NCBI GenBank assembly: GCA_016185345.1
Contig: JACPNS010000002.1
Coordinates: forward strand, 2,149 to 66,148
Source: Solirubrobacterales bacterium
GTDB lineage: Bacteria > Actinomycetota > Thermoleophilia > Solirubrobacterales > JACPNS01
DNA: 64,000 bases
Reading direction: 5' to 3'
The notes beneath the pieces are model-generated. The model did no database searches. It worked only from the letters and a program-made list of their open reading frames with translations, and was not told where the DNA came from. Shown piece after piece: positions 37,906 to 45,925 of this stretch (positions are counted from its first letter, which is position 1; each line of letters opens with the position of its first letter). The position numbers and the translations under genes are program-made.

Positions 37906-37921
37906 GGTACACCGATGTACC
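37906..37921. promoter_or_regulatory. candidate TetR operator 2
   Basis: GGTACACCGATGTACC, with the same GGTACA-N4-TGTACC half-sites, 29 bp from operator 1. TTGACG lies between them. Confidence 0.5.
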
Positions 37922-37955
37922 ATGAATTTCAAGACCCAGTTTGAAATTTCTTCAG

Positions 37956-38588
37956 ATGGCCACTTCGATCCCCGAAACCACCACACACCCAGCGCTGGCG
38001 GCGCTCTTCGACGAAGACGTCACACGCGACCGCCTGATGGCGGCGATGGGCGAGTCACTGATGGAGAAGGGCTTCGCCGGCACCGTCGTCGCCGACATCG
38101 TCAAGCGCGCGCGCGTTTCACGTCGCACTTTCTATGAAGAGTTCGCCGACCGCGGTGAGTGCTTCATCGCTTTGTGCGATCGCGCAACCGAGGTTGCCCG
38201 CACCGTGATCAACCAGGCCGCGGACGTCAACCTCGCCTGGGAGGAACAGTCAAAGCAGGCCGTCGACGCATACTTCGCCTTCATGTCGGTCGAACCGTTG
38301 CTCACGCGCGCGATGCTCTTCGAGGTGTATGCGCTGGGCGACCGTGGGATCGCCAGCCACCGCGAGACCCACCACAGGTTCACCGAACAGTTGATCGAGC
38401 TCGCCGCACGAGCCCGCGAAACCGACGACACGATCCGCGACATCGCTTATGCGAGCGCGGCGGCCGTGGTCGGCGCGATTTATCAGCTGATCCAGATGGC
38501 GACCGAAGAGAAGCCTCGCGTAAGCATCGATGAGGCGCGTGTCGCGGCGACCGAATTGGTCCTGGCGATGGCCTCTGCCCGTCGTTGA
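37956..38588 (+). CDS. TetR-family regulator
   Basis: Start ATG 37956. HTH GTVVADIVKRARVSRRTFYEEFADRGECF. Divergent from the P450. Confidence 0.8.
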   Translation: MATSIPETTTHPALAALFDEDVTRDRLMAAMGESLMEKGFAGTVVADIVKRARVSRRTFYEEFADRGECFIALCDRATEVARTVINQAADVNLAWEEQSKQAVDAYFAFMSVEPLLTRAMLFEVYALGDRGIASHRETHHRFTEQLIELAARARETDDTIRDIAYASAAAVVGAIYQLIQMATEEKPRVSIDEARVAATELVLAMASARR

Positions 38589-38809
38589 GCGGTTCTTGAC
38601 GCCTTACCGAGGCGTTTCAAACGCTGGACCAATCGTGGAGGTTGCGGGATTTCTTTGCGTAGTCGTCTCAAGTTGACGTGATTCCGTGTATATTGGCTGA
38701 ACAGCCAGCCAATGCCCGCTGGTCCCTGCAGATCACGTTTCCTCCTAGAACACGATCTGTTCCAAACACCCCGACTCATTCATCTCCGCACAGAGAGTGA
38801 GTCGACCCA

Positions 38810-38854
38810 GCCAGGTGGCCGCAGCTCAGTCGGCCATCTGGCTATTTTTCTTTT
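38810..38854 (+). terminator. intrinsic terminator-like hairpin with no annotated gene directly upstream
   Basis: GCCAGGTGGCCG-N9-CGGCCATCTGGC (one G-U pair) followed by TATTTTTCTTTT. It lies 222 nt after the TetR stop. Confidence 0.55.
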
Positions 38855-38877
38855 GAATCGCGCGGCTATTTCATTTG

Positions 38878-38890
38878 TCGCAATTTGCGA
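38878..38890. promoter_or_regulatory. perfect palindrome upstream of pafBC
   Basis: TCGCAA-T-TTGCGA, with a further TCGCAA half-site at 38915-38920. Confidence 0.3.
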
Positions 38891-38946
38891 AAGCCCGTCC
38901 AAATCGGGGGCGAATCGCAAAGGCCGCTCAACTAAGGTGCAAGTGA

Positions 38947-41079
38947 GTGGCCAAGGACACGGAAAAACTCATTCGGCAGCTGTCGTTGATTTCGTTCTTG
39001 ATGGCAAAGCGCCGTCCGGTCACCGCACTCGAAATCAAACGCGACGTCGAGGGTTACAGCGAAATGAACGACGACGCATTCGCACGTCGTTTCTACGCCG
39101 ACCGCGCTGAGCTCGAAGCGCTCGGCATCGAACTTCGAGTCGACCGTGCAGTCGACGGCTTCTACGAGGCCGAGAACTACTCGCTCCCGCCGGAGAACTT
39201 CTATCTCCCCAGCGTGCAGTTCACAGACCGCGAACTCGCATCGCTCACCACGGCCTTGAAGATGCTTGACGGTCGGTTCGCCTACGCCGAGCCTTTGCGC
39301 CTTGCTCTGCAGCAACTGACGTGGGGTCGCCCATCGCCGCTTTCGGCGCCGGATGACACATCGATTCACATCGCCGTAGGTCCGGATGTCGAGGGCCGCG
39401 AGCTCTCACAGCGCCTCTCCAAGATCGAGAACGCAATCTTTCGTCGCAAGACAATCCTTTTCGAGTACAAGACGATCACCACCGGCGCCAAAGAGAAGCG
39501 CAAGGTCGATCCGTACCACCTGCTCTACCGCGGCGGCCAGTTCTACATGATCGGCCACAGCCACGAACGCGGCGAGCAGCGCATGTTCAAGCTCTCGCGC
39601 ATCGAGGGCAAGATCAGTTACGCATCCAAGGCCGAGCACGACTTCCCGCCGCCAGAAGACTTCGACCCGCGCAAGTACGCGACGATGGCCGAGTGGCAGT
39701 TCGGCCAGGCCTCACAGAGCGCCTCGATCTGGATCAGCGAGCGCATCGCCTGGCTCGTCGAGCGCCACTTCTCACGCGCGGGCACGATCCGCGCCCCGCG
39801 CCGCGGCGAAGCAGTGCCCGGCAAGGGAGTGATTTTTGAGACCGAGTTCACCGAGTCGGCACCGCTGATCTCCTGGGTACTTGGCCTTGGACCGCGTGCC
39901 CGTGTGCTCGAGCCCGCTGAACTTGCAAATGACGTGCAAGAGCGCGTCGCCCGGATCGCCAGCGAGCACGACGGCGAGTTCGCTCTCGCCCCGAAGATCG
40001 CCCGCAGGCGCGGACCGGCAGCCGGCAGCGGCGCGGCAGCCGACCCTGAGAACTCGATCCGCCCTGAACGCTTTGCACGACTGATCACACTTGCCGGAAT
40101 CCTGATCGGCGCAACCCACACCGGCTCGACCGTTTCGATGAGTCAGCTCGTCGTGGATCTCAACGTGCCGCGTGAAGAGATCGAAGAAGACATCGAGGTC
40201 CTCAACGTCGTCAACTTCGGCGGCGGCAGCTACGTGCTCTTCGCGCAGATCGAGGACGACGAGATCTCCGTTGACAGCGAGCCCTACTCAGACAACTTCG
40301 CCCGCCCGGCACGTTTACTACCGCTTGAGGCGAAGGCCTTGATCGCAGCGATCGACCTGCTCGGCGAATACTTCCCGAACGACTCTCTGCTCACCGCGCG
40401 CAAGAAGGTCGTCACGGCGCTTGGCGAAGACCCGGCCACCAGCGGTCTGCAGATCGCAGCCACGCAGGCCGACGATTCAGAGATCGCCACGCTCATCTCG
40501 CAGGCCATTCAAGGCCACCTGCTTGTGGAGATCGAGCACTACAAGGAAGACCAGGACACCTTCACCATGCGCACGATCGAGCCGTATTCACTGATGAACG
40601 GTCGTGAGGGCTGGTACGTGCACACCTGGGACCGCGAGCGCGAAGCGCCCCGCGACTTCCGCCTTGACCGCATCAAGACTGCGGACGTCAGCAACGACAC
40701 TTTCGTGGTGCGCGACGGCATGATGCCCGACCTCGACGGCTGGGCCCGCTCGGGAACGCTCTCAACTGGAACGAGCGCAAAGATCTGGATCAGCCCAGAC
40801 CGCGCGCCGCGTGCCCGCGAGGAGTACGAGCCTTCGCTCGAGCTGAAAGACGGCGCAATTCTTATTGACCTCCCGTACGGCGGAGTCAACTGGCTCGTCT
40901 CAGAGATCTTCAAGTTCGGCGCCGACGCAGTGGTGCTGGAACCCGCCGATGCACGCGAAGCAGTTCGCGACGCGGCCAAGGCACTGAGCACCGAGATCGA
41001 CGGCGGCGGAGTCAAGGCCGCCGCGGCCAGGCCTCGGCCTTCGGGCGACGCGCGCAAGAAGCCCGTCGCTGCGGCGTAG
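38947..41079 (+). CDS. pafBC: single-chain PafB-PafC-like WYL-domain transcriptional regulator
   Basis: 710 aa with two HTH+WYL units: LSLISFLMAKRRPVTALEI...VDPYHLLYRGGQFYMIGH, and ITLAGILIGATH...IEPYSLMNGREGWYVHTWD. GTG start. Confidence 0.7.
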   Translation: MAKDTEKLIRQLSLISFLMAKRRPVTALEIKRDVEGYSEMNDDAFARRFYADRAELEALGIELRVDRAVDGFYEAENYSLPPENFYLPSVQFTDRELASLTTALKMLDGRFAYAEPLRLALQQLTWGRPSPLSAPDDTSIHIAVGPDVEGRELSQRLSKIENAIFRRKTILFEYKTITTGAKEKRKVDPYHLLYRGGQFYMIGHSHERGEQRMFKLSRIEGKISYASKAEHDFPPPEDFDPRKYATMAEWQFGQASQSASIWISERIAWLVERHFSRAGTIRAPRRGEAVPGKGVIFETEFTESAPLISWVLGLGPRARVLEPAELANDVQERVARIASEHDGEFALAPKIARRRGPAAGSGAAADPENSIRPERFARLITLAGILIGATHTGSTVSMSQLVVDLNVPREEIEEDIEVLNVVNFGGGSYVLFAQIEDDEISVDSEPYSDNFARPARLLPLEAKALIAAIDLLGEYFPNDSLLTARKKVVTALGEDPATSGLQIAATQADDSEIATLISQAIQGHLLVEIEHYKEDQDTFTMRTIEPYSLMNGREGWYVHTWDREREAPRDFRLDRIKTADVSNDTFVVRDGMMPDLDGWARSGTLSTGTSAKIWISPDRAPRAREEYEPSLELKDGAILIDLPYGGVNWLVSEIFKFGADAVVLEPADAREAVRDAAKALSTEIDGGGVKAAAARPRPSGDARKKPVAAA

Positions 41080-41100
41080 CCCCAAGTAGGCTGGCCACCG

Positions 41101-41568
41101 ATGGCCGGCAGACGCGATCAGATCGTTCTTTCGGACTCGGAGATCTCCGAGTTTCTCGAAGCGCATCGCACGGTCGTGGTTGGAACGAACGGCCCACGCG
41201 GCGTGCCGCACCTGATGCCGCTCTGGTACGTCGTTCGCGGCGAGGAGATCTGGGGCTGGACCTTCACCAAGTCGCAGAAGATCAAGAACCTCCAGCGCGA
41301 CCCGCGCGCGACGTTGCTTTTTGAGGACGGCGTCTCATACGACAAGCTGCGCGGAGTGTCGTATGAGTGCAAGGTTGAACTGGACGACAACTTCGAGGTC
41401 GTGAAGGCCGTCGGCCTCGATCTGTTCACGCGTTACGGCGATGGAACTCCTCCGGTCGAGGCGGTCGTGCGGATGATCGAGTCGCAGGCGCCAAAGCGCA
41501 CCGCGCTGAAGTTCATCCCCTCGCGCACGATGAGCTGGGATCACCGAAAGCTCGGCGGCACGTATTGA
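41101..41568 (+). CDS. pyridoxamine 5'-phosphate oxidase-family (possibly F420-dependent) protein
   Basis: TVVVGTNGPRGVPHLMPLWYVV split-barrel motif, 155 aa. Confidence 0.65.
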   Translation: MAGRRDQIVLSDSEISEFLEAHRTVVVGTNGPRGVPHLMPLWYVVRGEEIWGWTFTKSQKIKNLQRDPRATLLFEDGVSYDKLRGVSYECKVELDDNFEVVKAVGLDLFTRYGDGTPPVEAVVRMIESQAPKRTALKFIPSRTMSWDHRKLGGTY

Positions 41569-42131
41569 AGCTCCGAGATGCGACGTCAGACGATGCGGCG
41601 CAGCTCGAGGACATCAGAGTCCGGTCATGGTTTCACGCCTACGCCGGCAAGGCCGAGCAGGACATCTTCGACGCGTTGAGTCTTGGTCAGTTCAGCGGTA
41701 TCGACTCGTGGAAAGAGATGATCGAGGGCGAAGGTCCGATCACCTCGGTCCGAGTGGTCGAGGACGACGGGGTGCTAACCGGTTTCTGCGCCGTAGCCGC
41801 GCCTTCTCGCGATGAGGATGAGCCCGAAGGTGTCGCTGAAATCGTCGCGCTTTACGTGGACCCCGAAGCTCACCGCCGCGGCTACGGCCGTGCACTCCTC
41901 GACGACGCCCTTGCGAGCCTGGAAGCCGACGGCTGGAAAGAGGCAACCGTCTGGACCCTCGAGGACAACTTCCGCTCGCTCCCGCTCTACGAGTCTCGGG
42001 GTTTCAAACACGACGGTTCGGTGCGCACCGAACGCGGCTGGTTCGTGGCCGACGTGCGGCTACGTAAACGATTAATCCCCGCCGCCCCCTCCGCCGCCAA
42101 CGTCGCTCCGATCGTCCCCAACACGACCTGA
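41565..42131 (+). CDS. GNAT family N-acetyltransferase
   Basis: IVALYVDPEAHRRGYGRALL. Start overlaps the upstream stop. Confidence 0.7.
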   Translation: MKLRDATSDDAAQLEDIRVRSWFHAYAGKAEQDIFDALSLGQFSGIDSWKEMIEGEGPITSVRVVEDDGVLTGFCAVAAPSRDEDEPEGVAEIVALYVDPEAHRRGYGRALLDDALASLEADGWKEATVWTLEDNFRSLPLYESRGFKHDGSVRTERGWFVADVRLRKRLIPAAPSAANVAPIVPNTT

Positions 42132-42581
42132 CGAAAAGCTGTCTGCGAGCAAACCGCGATCGGACTCGCGCCAACCGGTGAGCACTATCGCCGCGAGAAA
42201 TGTGGTTTCTTCGTCCGTCGTTCGGAGCTCCCCCTCGCTGCGGAACGAACGGATCGGAAATCTGGTTCCCGCAAACTGACCGATTGACTCGCCGTCCTCT
42301 TTCACGTAGGTGTGCGCGACTGCCGGTTTCGGTTGTTCGAGGTCGAGGATGCGCTCGTCGAAGATCACCCGCCATTGATCCTGACTTCCCTTCGCGTAGC
42401 CGACCTCGCGATCGCCTTCAATCAGCCAGATCTCGTCGCCGTCCATCCGAATCTCGTAGTCGCGTCCGCGCGCGCTGATTCGGAGACCCTTTCGCGTTAT
42501 TGAAGGTCCGGTGGGACGCCGTATCGAGAACTCTCCTCCGGCTGAGGAGAAGCTGCGCGTGCCACGTCGCTTGAACTCCAC
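42072..42581 (-). CDS. hypothetical protein with C-terminal poly-Gly
   Basis: GTG 42581 lies 5 nt after the ABC1-kinase stop. Codon third positions look GC-rich. No motif recognised. Overlaps the GNAT 3' end by 60 nt. Confidence 0.3.
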   Translation of the reverse strand: MEFKRRGTRSFSSAGGEFSIRRPTGPSITRKGLRISARGRDYEIRMDGDEIWLIEGDREVGYAKGSQDQWRVIFDERILDLEQPKPAVAHTYVKEDGESIGQFAGTRFPIRSFRSEGELRTTDEETTFLAAIVLTGWRESDRGLLADSFSSGRVGDDRSDVGGGGGGGD

Positions 42582-42585
42582 GACG

Positions 42586-44004
42586 TCAGTCGGGCTGGTA
42601 CATCGCCGAACGCGAGTGCCCGCGCTCCTCGAAGTACGCCCACTCCTCTTCGCCGAGCGGCGTCGAAGGCTTTTCGGCGAACCACCACTCGCGGCCGATC
42701 CTCGTCCAGTTGGCGCTGGCGCCAAGGCGACCGAGCACGGCAAGCACGCCTGTCTCCATGCGACGCCCCATCAACTCATCCGCAGGCAGCGATGCCGTAC
42801 GCACGAGTTCGAAGTACTGGCCGCGCGGATCGCTCAGCGCACTGATTGCCTTCATCACGTACTTGCGAGTGATCTTCTGTTTCTTGCCCGAGAGGTACCA
42901 ACCCCCCACGAGTTTCATGTGGTCCATCAGCAGTTCGACGTTGAAGTTGTTGCGGTCCTTGATGAAGCCGAGTTCTTCCATGTTCTCGGCGAAGGCGATT
43001 GGGTCGTCATCGAACACGGCGGAGATCACGGCAACCTGCAGCGCCATCTGGCGCTCGCCAAGCCGTTTGGTCATCCCGAAGTCGATGAACGCGACGCGCC
43101 CATCGTCCATCCACAAGTAGTTCCCCGGGTGCGCGTCGGCGTTGAGTTGATTCAGGTGGTAGATCGATCCAAAGGCAAAGCGATAGATGATCTCGCCGAA
43201 GCGATCCCGCTTGGCCTGACTCAGCTCCAGCACGTCATCGAACACGATGCCGTCGACCCACTCAGTCACAAGCACGCGCTCGCGCGAAAGTTCAGTGACA
43301 ACCTCGGGCACCTTGATGAACGGGTGGTCGCGGTAGGCGCGAGCAAACCGGCGCTGATTCTGCGCCTCAAGTTCATAGTCAAGTTCCTCGAGCACGCGAG
43401 CCTTGAGCTCCTTGGCCACGGCGCGAGCATCAAGTCCCGGAGCAACCATCCTCCCAAAGCGCAAGAACAGCGCAGCGTTTTCGACATCCGCACGCAGCGC
43501 ATCAGCCACATCGGGGTACTGGATCTTCACAGCGACTTCGCGCCCATCCTTCAGCGTCGCCCGATGCACCTGTCCAATAGAGGCCGCCGCAGTCGCCTCC
43601 TCATCAAACTCCTGAAACAACCGATTGACCGGCAAGTCCCACTGATCATCCAAAACGCTCTTGACCTTCTTCCAGCTCATAGCCGGAGCGTTCTGACGCA
43701 GCGTGCCGAGCTCACGCTGATAGATCTCCCGATACTCCTCCGGAAGCATGTCCACATCAATAATCGAAGCCATCTGCGCCACTTTGACGGCAGCACCCTT
43801 AAGAGACCCGAGCGTCTTCACCATCTCTTCAGCAGACTGGGTGTGGCGCTTCTCCAAAGCAGCCTGCCCACCCTCGCTTCCACGCAGCACATTCGCCGAG
43901 GCGGTGCCAGCGAGCTTGATGCCCTGACCACCTAACGCCTTACCTACGCGAGCTGCCCGCCCAAACCGGCTCTTGGAGATCGCACGATCTTCTTTATCGG
44001 CCAC
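42586..44004 (-). CDS. ABC1/UbiB-family atypical kinase
   Basis: AASIGQVHRATLKDGREVAVKIQYPDV. I move the start to GTG 44004 because the first 39 codons of the track ORF are encoded by the hairpin repeat at 44044-44098. Confidence 0.8.
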   Translation of the reverse strand: MADKEDRAISKSRFGRAARVGKALGGQGIKLAGTASANVLRGSEGGQAALEKRHTQSAEEMVKTLGSLKGAAVKVAQMASIIDVDMLPEEYREIYQRELGTLRQNAPAMSWKKVKSVLDDQWDLPVNRLFQEFDEEATAAASIGQVHRATLKDGREVAVKIQYPDVADALRADVENAALFLRFGRMVAPGLDARAVAKELKARVLEELDYELEAQNQRRFARAYRDHPFIKVPEVVTELSRERVLVTEWVDGIVFDDVLELSQAKRDRFGEIIYRFAFGSIYHLNQLNADAHPGNYLWMDDGRVAFIDFGMTKRLGERQMALQVAVISAVFDDDPIAFAENMEELGFIKDRNNFNVELLMDHMKLVGGWYLSGKKQKITRKYVMKAISALSDPRGQYFELVRTASLPADELMGRRMETGVLAVLGRLGASANWTRIGREWWFAEKPSTPLGEEEWAYFEERGHSRSAMYQPD

Positions 44005-44043
44005 AAGTCGAGCGTAGACGCCAAACGCTGTAGCGCGCTCGGG

Positions 44044-44098
44044 GTTATTGGTATCCCCCCGCAGGCGGGCTCTGCCGCCGAGGAGGGATGCCAATAAC
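44044..44098. repeat. hairpin element, copy C
   Basis: Outer stem GTTATTGGTATCCC / GGGATGCCAATAAC. Core CCCCGCAG-N14-CGAGGAG. Confidence 0.6.
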
Positions 44099-44139
44099 GC
44101 CGAAGAGACGCCACCCCACACGCTAGAATCGCGCGCCTT

Positions 44140-44805
44140 ATGTCATCAGACCGCCAGACCATCGAACTTTCCGCGCGCGCCTCATTCGGCAGCCGCGAAG
44201 GCCGCCGCCTCCGTAAGACCGGGAACGTCCCCGGAATCCTCTACGGCCGCGGCCGCGACCCGCAAGCCTTTTCCGTCAACGAGCACGACCTTCGCGCAAC
44301 CCTCAAGGCCGGCCACGCTCTGTTTGACGCCAAGCTTGAAGGCGACTCAGTCCCAGTGATCGTCAAGGACCAGCAGCACCACCCGGTCCGCGGAGACTTC
44401 ACGCACATCGACCTCCTCGAAGTGGACCTCAAGCAGGCCATCGAGTCGCAGGTCGCCGTTGAACTGACCGGTGTCGAAGAGGCACCCGGCGTTGTTCAGG
44501 GCGGTGTGCTCGACCAGGTCACGCGCGAACTCAACGTTGAAGCGCTGCCGACAGACATTCCGGACTCGATCATCATCGACGTCGCCCACCTTGAGCTGAA
44601 CCAGACGTTCATGCTCGCCGAAGTGACGACGATCCCGTCAGAGCTGACCGTGCTCGACGACCCCGAGGAGACCGTCATCGCGACAGTCACCCCGCCGTCC
44701 AAGGCCGAGGCACCCGAGACTGTCGAAGAAGAGACCGAACTGGTCGGCGAAGGCGAAGAAACCGCAGAGGGCGAAGGCGACGACGCCGACTCCTCGGACG
44801 AGTAA
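44140..44805 (+). CDS. rplY: 50S ribosomal protein L25 / general stress protein Ctc
   Basis: GSREGRRLRKTGNVPGILYG. Acidic C-terminal tail. Upstream of pth. Confidence 0.9.
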   Translation: MSSDRQTIELSARASFGSREGRRLRKTGNVPGILYGRGRDPQAFSVNEHDLRATLKAGHALFDAKLEGDSVPVIVKDQQHHPVRGDFTHIDLLEVDLKQAIESQVAVELTGVEEAPGVVQGGVLDQVTRELNVEALPTDIPDSIIIDVAHLELNQTFMLAEVTTIPSELTVLDDPEETVIATVTPPSKAEAPETVEEETELVGEGEETAEGEGDDADSSDE

Positions 44806-44839
44806 TCGTCCACCCGCCTTACTTCTTAGCCTTTTCCAC

Positions 44840-45415
44840 ATGAGCATCTTCAAGCGCGGCGGCAAGCCCGTCCCGGTCGACTGGCTGATCGTCGGCTTGG
44901 GCAACCCCGGCAAGCGCTACGCGAACACGCGCCACAACGTCGGCGAGATAACGGCAGAGCGCCTGATCTCGCAATTCGACCTGGGCAAGCCCAAGTCGCG
45001 CTACCGCGGCGCATTCGTTGACGGGCGGCTCGGACCGGGCGGCCCCCGCGTTGCCGTGCTGGTCCCCGAGACGTACATGAATGAGAGCGGCCAGTCGGTT
45101 GGTCCGGCACGCGGAGAGCTGCGCGTCGAGCCCGAGAACGTGCTCGTGATCCATGACGAGATCGATTTCCCGTTCGGCCGCATCGAAAGCAAGCTCGGCG
45201 GGGGCCACGGGGGCCACAACGGGCTGAAGTCGATCAAAGCCAACCTCGGCACCGCCGAGTTTCAGCGTGTGCGCGTAGGGGTTGGACGGCCTGACTCGAC
45301 CGATCCCGAGATCGTGTCGGCCTGGGTGCTCGGTCGATTCAGTGAGCCCCAGAGCGAGGTGGACGCGTTGGTCGACGACGCCGTCCGCGAGACGCTCTCC
45401 GTTATCGGCGTCTAG
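44840..45415 (+). CDS. pth: peptidyl-tRNA hydrolase
   Basis: WLIVGLGNPGKRYANTRHNVG, GGHGGHNGLKS. Confidence 0.9.
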   Translation: MSIFKRGGKPVPVDWLIVGLGNPGKRYANTRHNVGEITAERLISQFDLGKPKSRYRGAFVDGRLGPGGPRVAVLVPETYMNESGQSVGPARGELRVEPENVLVIHDEIDFPFGRIESKLGGGHGGHNGLKSIKANLGTAEFQRVRVGVGRPDSTDPEIVSAWVLGRFSEPQSEVDALVDDAVRETLSVIGV

Positions 45416-45762
45416 AACAGAGTCTCAGTCTGCTCCGGTTGCTCAGGGCGCGATGGCCTTGACCGCGTGGGCCTGCCAGGAACCGCGGACTTCGCGATGC
45501 TGCGACGCGGAACTGACATACCGCCATACGGGCGCTTGTTTGTAAGCGAGAGCTGCTTCTCTGCGGGAGCAAGCATCACGCGCTGCTTTCTTGCCTCAGT
45601 GCGTACCGCTGCTTCGGTGCGACGCAGCTTCTGAGCGATCCGTTCTGCCGGGATCTGGTGCTCGGCCATCCGCCGCAAACGCATGCGATCTGCGCCTGTC
45701 CAAGGCCGTCCAGCTCTTTTTACACTGGCACCGCGGGCCTGCTGTCTGGTGACTTTTCTCAT
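45412..45762 (-). CDS. small basic protein with Myb/SANT-like HTH, preceded by an SOS box
   Basis: ATG 45762 (MRKVTRQQ...). RPWTGADRMRLRRMAEHQIPAERIAQKLRRTEAAVRTEARKQRV resembles a SANT/Myb repeat. AT-richer region. Confidence 0.35.
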   Translation of the reverse strand: MRKVTRQQARGASVKRAGRPWTGADRMRLRRMAEHQIPAERIAQKLRRTEAAVRTEARKQRVMLAPAEKQLSLTNKRPYGGMSVPRRSIAKSAVPGRPTRSRPSRPEQPEQTETLF

Positions 45763-45788
45763 ACTCACCAACCTATGGAATGGGCCGG

Positions 45789-45804
45789 ACGAACATATGT
45801 TCGT
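45789..45804. promoter_or_regulatory. LexA (SOS/Cheo) box
   Basis: Perfect 16-bp palindrome ACGAACATATGTTCGT, containing CGAAC-N4-GTTCG. It lies 27 nt upstream of ATG 45762 (- strand) and 122 nt upstream of the mfd start. Confidence 0.6.
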
Positions 45805-45925
45805 ATTCGGCCTTCGTCGGTCATAGTGGTTTTCCTGCCCGACGGTCTACTTATGTAAACACCAAACAGGGCTTTCAGTTGCTGCAATTCTGTGAACGCT
45901 TCACCACCTAGAGTCTCGGTCAGAA

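Noticed and set aside
38712-39110. 132-aa + strand ORF spanning the terminator and the pafBC start
   Set aside because: It reads through an intrinsic terminator hairpin and overlaps the well-supported pafBC frame. No motif is present.
42511-43935. 474-aa + strand ORF overlapping the ABC1 kinase gene
   Set aside because: The - strand product carries the ABC1 signature (AASIGQVHRATLKDGREVAVKIQYP). The + strand product has no motif and shows antisense-type composition.
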